A stretch of DNA of 64,000 bases from Spironucleus salmonicida (GCF_000497125.1 NC_090597.1:941797-1005796); one strand, 5' to 3'. Positions 23,471 through 37,078 are shown, counted from the stretch's first letter. Numbers and translations are program-made. The notes: generated from the sequence alone by a model not told the origin.

Positions 23471-24759
23471 TCTCGATGACCTCAATGAGCTGATATTATT
23501 AATTATATGGTTATGACTGGTTTATGCTTTGTTGTTTTTCGTAGTTAGTTTTGCTATTAAATTCACCTTGCTGAAGTAGAAAAATAATTCAAATAAACAT
23601 AGAAAGTAAAATATTATTATATATAAAAACATTATTGTTATATTTCCTAAATTAAACAACGTTTATCATCGTCGTACGCTAGGCAGATGCAGAGGTAAAT
23701 GAATTAGTATTTAATAATGTCCAGATCTAGCATTAAAACTTAACTTGTTAGGTGCCTCCAGAGAGACCTACAGTTCGCTCCAAACTACTTATTTAGCTAG
23801 TATGGCAGAGTCTGGACCCTATGACAACGCCATACAGCATTATTACGCAACTTACAGCAAATAAGGATGTAAAAACATTTCTTCATTATTCTGTCTCCAT
23901 GCTCTAAGCGCGCATTCCTTCATACGAATTTTTGATATTATGTGCTGGTGGCTAGCGCTATCAATCTCGAAAGTTCAATAGAACAAGAGTATATTTTAAT
24001 ATTTTCTTCTCCATCACGCATACTAATTAACAGTCAAAGAACCCAAGCATTAACTGATGGGATAGGCACTATTCGCTTGTTTGACGATCTACCATATTTA
24101 TTTCAATATTGAAGCTCACTGAACCATAAAGCTTTGCATGCAATGGTAAGCAGGATACAAAGTGCATGATGGCAGGCATGTTACTTATGCAACATTTCGT
24201 AACAAACTAAATATCCATATAGATATATGAATATAATAGCCATAAAAATGAAAATGGCATACTACTTGCCTGGGTGAGTGCTTGGTTTTGGCTGGGCTTG
24301 AGCAGCGATTCTCTTACCGAGAGCGTCTACTAAAGTTATTTGATGGGGTCAGCTTATTGATAATGCTTGGTAGAATAACGAGCGAATCAAATTTAGCCAC
24401 CTGACGAGCCCACTGACATACAATTACAGTAGTATTACTGTATGGTAAGGCCCATATGGCGCATATCCACTTAGTCTAGACTCTTCCGTCGACCTGTATG
24501 CATTCGGTACAGTAGCTAGAAAACTAGCTCCCTGTGACGTTTACTATGTTAGTCTAAGACAAGGATAGTTTTCTGCTAGAATAATAAAGTACGAACCTGT
24601 TACGACTACTTAATTCATCTAATGCAATACCTACCACAACCCACCTACCTGTATTTTCTGTGTTACGCCCAGACGCTAAATACATTCACAGACTGCTAGC
24701 AAAGTGGTTCGTAAATCGTAAAATTTCTAACAATTACAGAGGGATCAGCTGCATAGCTG

Positions 24760-25594
24760 CTAATATAGCAGTACGCTAACCTTACCCAACGACTCCTATT
24801 ACTCCCAACACGCCAACCACACTGCCCGCAATCGCCCACGACCTATTTGATTCATCTCAGAATCCCTATTCATATTCCAGTACAAGCCATCTATTATCTC
24901 ATACTCCTCCGCCTACTTCTCCTCATCCCCATAAGGACATTCGGCAAACAGTCCTTACACCCATATTGAGCGTCGCTGTATGAGATTCATTTTCTACGGC
25001 ATAGCACTCACCGTCCGGGTCAATACCTTCCACACAAGTAGTTGGAACACCCTCCTGAAAATAATTGTAGTTTGCGGTGCCGTCTCCGTGTATGGTTGTA
25101 ATATATACATTGTCATTGCGGGAATTGCTAAATATCGCAGACGAGAAAGCAGAGCGTTTTGAATAGCACCAGTGCAGTGCTTTGTTGGAATGTTATTGTA
25201 TGCCTTTGCACCATTTGCTCAGCATTCTCTATACGTCGAACAATCGAATAGACTATCTCACGCTTCCCTTCATTCCACCCGAATACAATTTGTGCAGGGT
25301 TGTGCGTATGCGGTGTACGGGATTTCGTCTATAAAGGCACTAAAAGGGACTGCAGCCTAGGCAGCGAATCAGTACTTCTTGCCGTCTACTATCTATATCT
25401 TGTCGGCATACCATCCCTGGTCCACCTTCGGGTCGTAGGTGCACATGACACAGTTCTCGGATCCTACGCTGGGGACTGGTAGACAGGATCGGCATAGCAG
25501 GGTTTTGCAGTGCCTTACAGCTTGCGGGTGGTCTTCTGTTTCGAACTGAGGAACTGTAGCATGATTCTCCTAAAGAGCACAAATGGGGGTTCAT
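24760..25594 (-). pseudogene. Decayed cysteine-rich membrane protein pseudogene
   Basis: Starts MNPHLCSLGESCY, with frameshifted remnants CVMCTYD and GCKDCLPN. A TM remnant DESNRSWAIAGSVVGVLGVIGVVG..LAYCYI lies at ~24760-24855. Confidence 0.6.
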
Positions 25595-26053
25595 GTTTTT
25601 CTATTTTGCTAAGTTGGGACTAGGTTGGGTATCCAGAGCTAAGCTCATGATGCGATTAGTATCCTGCATATTATATAAACTAGATACCAAAATTAAAATT
25701 CCGCTCCAATTAATATTAGACACTAACGTATTATAATAATTATGAAACCCTATGACGACCACAGAAGTCCACTAGCGGCCAGCACTCGCCCTGCACGGCC
25801 AGCTATACCATACTAGCATGCACAGAGTATGCAAAGCCACAGACAAGACAGTGGGTGATTGATACTTTGAGTTATCAGCCTGCATCTTCCAGCCAGCAGT
25901 AATTATTGCGCCTCTCCGGAGCACAGTTGTACCCAGTACGAGCATTTCCACTTTCCCTTATTCCCCGAGTCTGCTGCTCAAATCCGTACGGTATCAGCTC
26001 CAGAACCGTTAAAGGGGACAGGTGGTCATTTACCCATATTATCCGAAATTCTA

Positions 26054-26908
26054 TCACTTCCTGGCCTTCTTGATGAAGTAGTATGCCAAGCCGCCACCAA
26101 CTGCACTAGCAACCGCCAAAACCCCTATAATAATGCCGGCAATCGCACCACCACCTATTTTATTCTGCTAGACTCCGCCCTACTTGGCCCAGCACATAAT
26201 GGCTAGAATTTCATACCCTTCCGCACATTCACTGCACGTACCGTCTTTCGCCTTCACTGTATTGGGCAAACATGTCTCGCAGGCAGTCTTTTTATCATTA
26301 CAGGAAGCACAGTTTCTAACCGCTCCGCACCTGCAGGCAGAATCAAGCCCTTCCGCGCACGATGTGGCAACGCCATTCTTGCAGTATTAGCCACTTTATA
26401 GGCTAGTGCAGATGGCCGTGCACCTTCCGTCTATCGTCGTAGTATAAGTTTCTGGAGTACAGAAGTTGCATACTGTTTTTGAGGAGCAAAAAAGACAATT
26501 TGATTCGCATTTCACGCAGCGATTTACGGTCAAGTCGCAGAATGTCTAAAATTCATCTTCGCAGTCTTTTAAAGAATTGCAAACTCTAACGCATATATTC
26601 TTTTCCATGGTGTAGCCCTCATCGCAAGCCTCGCATGAATCAGGGCTCGTACACTTACCGCACCCCTTTGAGCATATAGTGCATTTATCTCCTTCTAGAA
26701 AACTTCCAGTAATGCATCTTGAGCACGTATTATTTGTGCACTCTCTACAATGGGTATTAACTGTATTGTCCACACAGTAGCAGCCTTGGTCGAGTTTTAT
26801 GTCATCGGAGCAAGCGATGCAACTAACTCTAGTAGTGTCGGTGGCCGGGCAGTAAAATCCTGCCTTGCAGCCGGTACTAATTCTACTACATGTTCCGGAT
26901 TCGCTCAT
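26054..26908 (-). CDS. Intact small CRMP, 284 aa, KKARK tail
   Basis: [21 protein letters not shown]... continues through TAG=Gln to [39 protein letters not shown]. Confidence 0.93.
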
Positions 26909-27969
26909 TTTGCATGGATGGATGCATGTATTATAGCAGAATAACCGCGGTATAGAATAAATTATCAGTTTCGAATTTATTGAATATTACTTAGTATAGT
27001 ATATAAGTTATTATATCCATAAACTAAAAATGGAATAATGTATTTAGATTTATAAAGTATATACTTGTGAGAGCAGTTTTTCCAGTGTTTTGTTGCTTGT
27101 ATATGTAGATATGATACGTCTCCGAATGGACCCCTGGACCGGAACTGCATGAGGGTTCCATGCGCACTGGTACCAGCGCGGTACACTGAGAGGGCCTTGG
27201 AGCAGGGAACTGGGATATGCAGGTACGCGGTAATAACACCTCCCGAACGCGCACTCTGCACGGCAGCAAGCAGGCCTTGAAGTCTCTTACCACGCCCAAC
27301 GCTGCTAATAAATAAGTACGCTTCCCAGCTGGCCTAGAATACTCTTAGAAGCACACACAAGCTATCCACCTCAAGGGCCTCATTGAGCTAGGCAGCCTCC
27401 GGGAAGTTGGTCTGGGCCGCGCTGCAATACTTTTGCTGTCATCCTAGGCAGTAGGTTGGATCTGTCAGCGCAGGTTAGCTCTAGCGATCGTTTCCAGGTG
27501 GGTCTCTGCGCTCAGGATAATGAAATAGGTAAGTAACCGAACTCAGTGCCAAGTATACTTAGCAAAAATATGAAAAGCCATATTGAAATACGAAACATCA
27601 TTTTATTAAATTGAGAAAGAATTTATATCATTCAATTACATAATCACATTTCATATTTTTTTTGCTAGTATAGCACTACCCTATAAACGTATTAGTGTTC
27701 ATATAATTATTAAAAAATATAGCTCCGATACTTAAAACAAGTCATTTTTAAAAATACTTTGTGTCTTCCATATTAAATAATCTTGCTAAACACCCTCAGC
27801 GTGAGCAGGTCAAGGGAAATATGATCTCTTTAGAGATTGTATTTCCATTGGGTCGCCCAAATCGAATATATCAAATTCATAATTATATTTTAATTTTTAA
27901 TATCGTATTTTTTAAAATACATAACTGGTGTTTTTATATTTAGAAGTTATTAACAAAGCTTGATCAGCC

Positions 27970-28420
27970 ATGACAGAGAAGTAATATTCAAGCAAGATAA
28001 AATTATAAATACAAAAATTAAAATACTTAAAACAAGATTTATTACAGATACTAGAAGAGGATCTTGATTTTATAAAAACAAAGCTTTTAAAATAGTAAAT
28101 CTAAACAATAATGCAATGATCTAAATATGAATATTAAGTAATACAAAAACGAATATAGTTAGATATCGCGTATATATAATAAATGTAATAAAACAAATAC
28201 TAAATAATTTATTCTAATAAATAAATTAGATTAAACCAATTATAAAAGTTTTAACTAATATACAATACAATTAAATAGTAAAATTTAAAATTCAATGAGT
28301 TCAATGATAAATTAGATATCAGAGTCTTGAATAATGTATCAAGTGATTTACTATAAAATATCAGATTGAATAAATGCAATTACCAAAAGTAAAACAATTA
28401 ATGATAATATCAATATAAAT
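27970..28420 (+). pseudogene. Possible relic of a Gln/Lys/Ile-rich (coiled-coil-like) gene
   Basis: MTEKQYSSKIKLQIQK... is frameshifted here. The copy at 58417 reads in one frame for ~145 codons with one internal TGA. Confidence 0.25.
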
Positions 28421-30249
28421 ATAGACTACAAGGAAAACATGTTTGAAGAAATCAAATAGTAAGCAAGTAGTAAGTCACCATCAAGAAGGTACACACAGAA
28501 TATTTGCATTTTGAAAATGGACTATTGTTTTATTACTCGCAATGCGAATGGTAAAATCTGATATAGTAGATAGTATCCCAGAGAGGGGCCAAGAAAAAAT
28601 ATTTTTCCTATTTAAAAATTTAAAATGGTTACTCACCAAGTGCGACCACTAAATCGGTCGACAATGCGGCCAATAAATTGGATCAAAATATTTAACTTTA
28701 AAATTTTCTAAAGCTACTAATTCTAATTATGTGGTTCATACAATGGGGATTTGTTAGTCTATGTATTATTCTGACTACAAACTATGAAATTTTGAATTTT
28801 AGCGTTAAATTAAAACACATTCTGAGTACTGACACCCATCGCCTTCTACTGCTAAGGGCCCGTTAGGGACTTTGCCAACGGCTTTTCAAACTTAAGCTTT
28901 GCAAAGTAGCGTTTAAAAACAGCAAAAAATACCGTTTCACCCTCTAGACGATACGTTAAGCAAGATCCCTGCTGTTAAATTATTACAAATTGTCCATAGT
29001 TTCCGCCTGGCTGCATGCCCAGTTTTGCAAGACGGCACCAGTGGAAGGTTGCAAGTATGCATTCCGCACCAGCAGTGCTACCTCTTTGCAGTCAGCCGCT
29101 GCTCAAATATTCAACGGAGTGTGCACGCTCTGAATAGGTGCTACACATCGCTGCATGCCTTCTGATTACGTAAAAATATTTCTTACCCTTTGGTGCATTC
29201 CCTGTTCCCGACTTGCGCGCAGATGCTTCACACGGGAGGTTGCAAATTTGGTTGTGGAAAAGCCTTTCAGCGCTAGTGGGGCAGAAAATTACCATTTTCA
29301 TTAAATCTTGTTGTGCGCTATTCGAGGTAGAAATGAGTATTTGATAATAATTCTGCGAGGGCAGTTAGCATCACATAAGAGAGTTTATGGTGATAATTTA
29401 AGGAATAGGTTGATTGCGGTAGTAAGTGCATTGCGCTCATGGTGATTAGGTGTGCTGAGTTTGCGCAGTTTTAATAGTTCTGGAATGAGAGATGTTGGGC
29501 GAGAAGGGGTCGTGAGCATTTTTGTGTTGCTACAATAAACTGCTATTTATCAGATTAGAACGTTTGGGATGGTGTAGTTGTGGATTGGATTTGCTTATGT
29601 AGAGATAATTTTATTGTATAGTAGTTGGAGTAAGTATAGTTTGGATGAATTTGAAATATCACTATCTTACCATACGCAGGAGTACGAAATTCAACTTTAA
29701 GGTAATTTTAAAGTAATGGTACAATAACATGTCATACTGTTATATTTATCTATTATGCTGTCCGAATTTGAAAATAATTAAAGTATGCAAAACTGAAACT
29801 GAAATATTTAATAGTAATATACGACATAGAATCACTCTAAAGATAGTAAGTTAAGTTTCATGAAATATATCAGATGCAAAATTTATAGCTTAACGCATAA
29901 GTATCATTCATGTTAGGTAATCTCATGGAAAACATAGGTTTAGTTAAGTTTTGCAGAATTACTAAGGGTTTTAAACTAAAATATATTACTAATTGCTTAT
30001 ATTGTGATATTTTTATTACATGTGGTAAATTGATCTATCGGCTGCCTTGCGTTCACCTCAGGCTAATTTCATCTCGCGTTATCAATTACTACTTGAGTCA
30101 TTCTAACAAATTAAAACGTATTAAGGTGGGCCCAAGTATTCCGTAACGAGCTGCTGCTAGTGAAGTATAGGGAAGAGTAATGCATCGCTAAAATAATATT
30201 TAAGTCAATTTAAAACTTTTTCCAAGACATAACTCCATAACTGGTACCA

Positions 30250-31108
30250 TCACTTCTTCCCTTTCTTGACTAAGTAAAAGCAAGTCCATCTCCGACGGCA
30301 CCTACTGTTAATATCCATGCATCACCAACTCTGGATAAGCTGCTGCTACGTATTTCATCAAAAAGCAGATATTTCCACCTTTCTCAGCACCGTCGACGCA
30401 TTCTCAGCATTGTTAGCATTTGGGCAAATACCTCGGAATGAATATCTTCTTTTAGATTAATGATTCAATGTGCCTGAATCTCCATAGAGTAGATAGTTCC
30501 GCGAGTATATGCAGCTAGTGCATTTCTATTATCGTCATCATAATATGTGAAAAATGGGTCAGTACAGGGTCTAGCAGTTATTTCTTAACTTGCTGGGCAA
30601 GTAAGGCAGCGAGGCGCTCCTAGACGACCACACCTGCATCATGGTGTCTGGTCAGCAGACCAGCAGTCAACAATAGGACTATTAGCACAGTCATAGTGTT
30701 CAATAAGGCGGCTACATCATGCTTACTTATGTATGATGCGTCACTTAGTTCGGATTTTTACATTTGAGCACTACTCGACTGACTTCATGACTCGCATGTG
30801 CGAGAAAGTGCTCCAGGAATTCCCAGTGGCTTTAAATCGCAAACCTAACAGCATTGAAAAATTGTATTGGACCACAAACGCCCAATAATTGCAGATTTTA
30901 TTCAGTTGTCGTCTACAGCTTTAAATCTTGTGGCGAAAGCTGTGCATTTTGAGCACTATCTCAGTATGCAGAGTTACCAGAACATGCATACACTAGGCTG
31001 ATACACGAACTAAACAATAATCTGATTTTGTTACTACATGCGCCATTACTACATCTGTTCAGGAAATTACACCAGGGTTATCTTCCGTGCTGTATTAAAT
31101 GAAGACAT
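30250..31108 (-). pseudogene. Decayed CRMP pseudogene
   Basis: Remnants CRCGRLGAPRCLTCPAS and C*ECVDGAEKGGNICF, with a frameshifted end VGAVGDGLAF..VKKGKK-TGA (AGTGA). It resembles the 3' part of gene 8978-9945. Confidence 0.75.
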
Positions 31109-31689
31109 TTAGTTTATTGCATTAGGATGTTGTTTGAATAGCTTTAGTTTTTAATAGTTATATTTAACTAGCTATTTGGTATTTAGAAAATATTTACTAC
31201 TCATTCAGAAGTAAATACTGATTAATATAATATATAGTACAACTATAAAAATAAAAATAAATAACTGAAGGTTTGCTTATGGTAAAATTAAACTGCATTA
31301 CTTATAAATTAATTAATTTATCGAGCTTCTATAAAATAGGGTAATACGTAATATGATAGAAAAATGTAAAATGTAAATGTAAATTATATGTATTATCAAA
31401 AATTTATCAGGTTTAATCTTAAAAAGTGTTATGATAACTAATGAATATAATATTAACATAAAAATATTTTTTCATCTAATTGAAGTTAGTCATTATCAGG
31501 TAAGGATATGACAGATTACAATGTATATTACTTAAATTTTACAAATTTAGTTAGTAAGCCTTAGATCAGAGCATAGATGGTACATAGATAGTAGAAAGTG
31601 AAAGTTCTTACCCAATAATGTAGTCAATGAACAAACCTATCTCTCTCACTACAGGTCATAGAAATAATAAAATTTAGTTAATGCTAGCA

Positions 31690-32075
31690 TTGCTACTTTA
31701 GGAAAGCATGTAAGATAAGCTAATGATAAAGTAAGGTTTATTAATATTCTGGTATACTGTGCTGCAAGGTGAATGCATGTATAGACTTAAGGCTGACTAA
31801 TGGGACAGCTGGGATCTGAATAGAAGTGGTGTCAACACCTATTACTGCATCTTAACTTAACAGTAAGGGAAACCTGCATATTCGTAGTAGGAAAGTAGGA
31901 CTTACGAAACATCTGCGCAAATATCGAAACAGAAGAATACGATACCAGCCAAACTTCTGATACCTCGGGAGTATCGGCGCAGGGATACTAGCACGGGCTC
32001 TGGTACGGTTCGGAGTGGCTGGTATGGTCAGCCTATTTATGCATCAGGCTAGCCGAGAAGACATGATTGAAACCA
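31690..32075 (+). pseudogene. Possible 3' fragment of a decayed CRMP-like gene
   Basis: GYTVLQGEC remnant and a Gly-rich TM-like GSIGAGILARALVRFGVAGMVSLF. Weak evidence. Confidence 0.3.
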
Positions 32076-32735
32076 TATTCGGCATTTTCAGCAATCTTTC
32101 AATTTAGCATATTAGAATGACATAAATATTTTTGAGTTTTGCATCTATATTAGTCTAAATACTATCCGAATATACCATTCACTGATAACGTGGAAATATA
32201 AATTATTTTATTATATTAAAATAATATTGCTAGCTTCGGCTAGCATAAAGTGGCCTGAGTATTAATTATGTTGAAATACGTATAAGTCCAACTATCACCA
32301 GCAATCTGGTATTTAAGAAACTTACCAATATTTCTACAATATGAAGTTTTCTATATAATATATGAATAATTTTTGGTTTTAGTTTTTGTTGTATTATAGT
32401 AATCTGAACAACTATAATTAAACTCAATTTAAAAATTTAACTGTTTTAAAGATTATAAGTTATTACGTATTTGGCATATATAATAAGTATTACAATCAAT
32501 GCATATAATAATAAAAGCAGCTTCTTTTCTTTTGCCCAATCTACTGCTATTCATGTATAATTACCTTAAGTAAAATTTTATTAAACTATGCTCTTTTGTA
32601 CAGCATCAATTCCACACCTATTACCAAATTTATCCAAAAAATATTTTACTTCCGTTTCAATATCTAAAACATGAAACTACTAATCCTCGTTAGTATTAGA
32701 ACTTTCTACCATTTAATATTTAAATTTTTATCAAA

Positions 32736-34451
32736 ATGAGCAACATGTGTAGTTCTAGTAGTAAAACTTCCTGCAGTTCAGGTTTCTTCTGTCCATCCAA
32801 CGTATCAGCTGATGCCACAGCGTGTCTAGTCTGCAAATCAGAGTGCGCAACCTGCACGGGAGACACCGCAGAAGCTGCTAAATGTGAATCTTGCGCTCCG
32901 GGAAAGTATCTAACCAGTGACTCCTGCACCGCCTGCGACGCAAAATGCGAAACCTGCACAGGAACTGGAGATAACAACTGTCAAACCTGCAAAAATGGTA
33001 ACTTTTTAAGAGGAACCACCTGTTCAGCCTGCGTTTCAGGATAAACCATAAACTGCACCTGCGGAACCTCTGAAAACTGCTCCACATGCGCGGCTGATAT
33101 GAGCAAATGCGACGTCTGCACGAATGGCCATTTCATGTCAGGAGCTAAATGCACGGTGTGCTAAACTAATTAAATGACTGCCTGCACTTGCACGACGGCG
33201 AAAAACTGCTCAACATGCGATGCTAACGATGCAGGAAAATGCAAAACATGCATAAACAATTTTGACCCGTCTGGAGACACTGCTTGCGAGAAGTGCTTGT
33301 CAGGATTTTTCAAGGATACCGCTTCTAGTCCGAATACTTGCACAGCGTGCTCTGCTAACTGTATAACGTGCACTTCTAGCTCGGTTTGCACAGGCTGTGA
33401 GAATGGGTTTTCTATCGACTCCAACAAGTGCGTATCCTGTGCAGACGAAAACTGCACTACCTGCACAGCTAACAAAGATACCTGCACGGTTTGCAAAGCT
33501 GACTTTTATGTGGAAAATAATAAATGCGAGAAAAAATGCAAAGTAGGTGATGACAGCTGCACCATGAACTAAATCTGCGACAATATCTGTAAAGACTGCA
33601 CCGGGAGCTGCGCTACGTGTAAGGAAGCTGTCGACAAGTGCACGACCTGCAAATCTGGGTTCATTTTAGCAGGCGATAAATGTGAAGCGTGCCCCAAGGA
33701 TTGTGAGAACTGTGACGGTGACAAAGCCATCTGCAAGGTTTGCAATGATGATTTTTTCACCGAAGATAATACCTGCACTAAGTGTGAGGGAAACACGACA
33801 AAACAGTGCAAGTGCGGGGAAGCAGTTAACTGTGCTACCTGCGATACTTCCAATAAAGAAAAATGTGGAACCTGTATCACCGGTTACAAAAAGGCCACAG
33901 GAGACACCTGCTCCACTTGCTCCGATAGTTATCTGATGGTCGATATGGTTTGCACGAAATGTAATAATAATTGTGCTACGTGCTCAAAAAGCCTTGAAAA
34001 GTGCGATACATGCGTCAGGTCTTACAGCATTAGCATAAATTAAACGTGCGAGAAGGATTGTACGGAGGTACTGACAGATGGCAAGGTGTGCGTCGCCGAA
34101 AAGATAGTGGATTGTGGAGCCAACAATCAGGTAACTGCGTGCAAATGCAAAGATGCTGCAAACTGCTTCAAATGCGATAGTTCTGATAAGGGAAAATGCG
34201 AGTCCTGTATGACAGGCTATAAATTTGTAAATTAAAAGTGCGACAGCTGCGCGGACGGGCACACCACCGTTGGCTCGTTCTGCTTCCCCTAGGGTGATAC
34301 GCTAAGTACCAACCTCTCTGGTGGCGCTGTTACAGGCATTATCATCGCAGTTCTAGTAGCTGTTGGTGGAGTCGCCGGTGGTATTTTTTGGTACATGAAG
34401 AAGTCAAAGCTTAATTAGGAGATTGACGAGTAGAAGTTTGTCCTGAAGTGA
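32736..34451 (+). CDS. Intact CRMP, 571 aa, spanning the duplication junction (mosaic)
   Basis: MSNMCSSSSKTSCSSGFFCP... with no in-frame TGA. The 3' 489 nt (33963-34451) match 3485-3973; the 5' part differs. Confidence 0.93.
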
Positions 34452-35857
34452 TAATTTAAGTTATTTCAGATATTATGATTATGTATATGGAGGCATCTTG
34501 TGATAATGAGAATATAAGGGTATAAAATTAGTAATTTACTATTATTAAATATGAAGAAGAATTCGAGTTACTTAAATCTTACATACTACTCACTATTTCT
34601 TCACAATATTGAAATACTCTGTTTATCTCCATTATATCATTAAGTAAGCGAACGTATACTAAATATTATAATTAATTTAGCAATCTTATCAATTCTGTGC
34701 TAAACTTTATCATTACATAACTATTTTGCGAAATTCAATTTTATGTCTTGCGTTGGATTGCAAAATTGGCTATGAAACTTGGAATGGTATGAAATAGATA
34801 TTGATAGTTTTAGTATGAGATTAGTATTTAATTGGGTAAGCGAATGACAAGTTGAGCATGCGTTGAACTATATTTTGCGGTTCTAAGTTTATATTTGATT
34901 GTTAATATAACTTTCTAATTTTCATACTATTTAAGATAATTATTTTAGGTTATGGGTATGATTTTTCTGTTTTGTGAGTCGATTTGTAATGTAATTGTGA
35001 GGAAATGGTCGTCAAAGCAAGATATAGTATAAAATGTATAAGAAGATTAAATTGTAGATTAAACTACTTTTGTAGTTTTTGAATACTTATATGTTGAATT
35101 TAATGATGAATACTTAGTGATTAATCATAATTGCCTTCTTCATTTCTATACTCTGATTATCTTCTACAATTGTAATTTAATAAGCATGTTAAGTAACTAT
35201 TATAGTTCTATTTTATCAAAAAATATACTATGTATATTATATATTCTAATTATTATTTACACTTCTCTTCTATATAGGTTTTATGCATAGTATCACACCT
35301 AACAATCTGATGCCTAGTTAAAGTGAAAATTTTCTATTAAGGTATGCTATAGCAACACAGCTAACGCTATGAAAATAATTATACTGTAATCAGTCTTGTA
35401 GTAGTTAATTCTATATGGTTCATGTAATTTATGCAACAATTATTTAATATTACCCCTGCTCTGTCGAGTGCACTTTTTTGAAAAAGTATAAATGTGCCCA
35501 AAGAGGAAAAGTTGCAAACTTATTTAATGGAAAATGCTCATATTCTTTTTATTTTGTTTTTCTTGTTGTGTTTCGTAATATTCATTTTAATCGAATTCCG
35601 CTCCAGAATTGGAAAATCCACAAAATAACTCTTTGTCGAACAATCTTTAAATACTTGACCCAATAAATAATACAATATATCTGTGAAAAGAAAATAAGTA
35701 TCTAAAGCTAATTTGGGCATAACTAGGAGCCATTACAAAATTAGAATTCAAAACTTATAATCTAAATTATAGCCATCAACTTATTTCCATATCATAACTA
35801 AGATGTTATTTTAGTAAAAAAGAATTATTGTAAAATATTAGTAAAAATATATTTATT

Positions 35858-37078
35858 CATGAAAATTTTAAATTCTATATTTTTTTATAACAATTAAAAT
35901 TTACAGAATAGAGTAATATCTGATGAAGGGGAACATTATATAAATGTGATATAATTTATTTCCAGTAAATTAAGGAAATTTTTATTAGAATGATGATAAT
36001 GATGATGATAATGAAATTAAAAAGTTAATAATTATACTTTGCTAATTAGTAAAATTTTAATGTTAGCACTAGAAATGTAGATTTAGACTCTATTGAATGC
36101 TGTTTAAATATAGTTTAGTATGGAATTGGAATAAATTCAGAAAAATAGAATATTTACCAATTGACGAGCCACTGTCCCCATTTAAAGGCAGATATAATAA
36201 AAAATATACCTACCTTAGAATCTAAATAAATACGAACGGCTTTTATGTCAGGATCAGTCAAAAAATAATTACTGTTTTATATTGTAATCTTATTCTGATT
36301 TTGGGTCCAATAATGGTTAAAATGTATTATATAGTACCTTGTTTATAAATTTCCATATAGTCTAAGAGGTATGGGGTGTGAAAATTTTATACCTCTGAAA
36401 AGTTATCAAATATAGTTTAACTAATAAATTAACCTTTACTTACGATACGTAGCAACAGGTACAAAAGTAATATTTACCTAAAGAATTAAAAGTCAAGTAA
36501 TTCAAAATTTTAACTTTTGAATATTTTCATGATTTGGAATAAAGATCAAAAACATAAAATTAACAAAGTTGCTTTTACCAATGATATTATAGGTTATCTA
36601 TAATGAAAATAAATATACATTTACTTGTTCAAGTCCAGTCATAGTAGATCTATATAATAAATTAATGGGAGGAGTGGGTGTCTAGGATTATAATATTCAA
36701 CTCATAGGTTGCTAATAAAATTTAAATGAGGGGGTATTAAATTTATGTCATAGACTCGACATCTGTTTAGTAAATTATTAGATTTACTAGAAATCAACAA
36801 TATTGAAAATCTTGAATTTAAACAATATTTGAATGACCAATGAAATAGATTTCTTTGTACACGAAGATAAACTACAGTAAATCTAATGTAGAGCATAAGC
36901 TATTTACTAACGCTGTTCTAATGTACAATCTCACTAAAAAACTAATATTTAATGATAATATCTTATCTGCTGTCTGTAGTAAATGCTAGAACTGGAGAAC
37001 ATTCTATATGTGTAGTAGATACATTAACAAAAGAAAAGAAATCAAATACAGAAAGCGATACTTGTAAATATTACTTTT
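35858..37078 (+). mobile_element. Second copy of the piggyBac-like transposase relic
   Basis: No differences seen from 5380-6600 (IDEPLSPFKGR at 36160, YNKLMGGV at ~36653). Confidence 0.8.

Larger units (their letters stand above)
3485..33962 (+). repeat. Tandem segmental duplication, unit 1 (~30.5 kb)
   Basis: Sequence from 3485 recurs at 33963 (offset 30478). The ORF track repeats with offsets 30478, 30479, 30481, 30463 and 30447. Confidence 0.97.

Noticed and set aside
23700-24740. Possible further decayed gene
   Set aside because: Intermediate GC content and a few Cys codons, but no consistent frame or motif.
28600-29340. Open frames of 70-110 codons on both strands
   Set aside because: With TGA as the only stop such lengths are expected at random. 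No family was recognised and the strand could not be decided.
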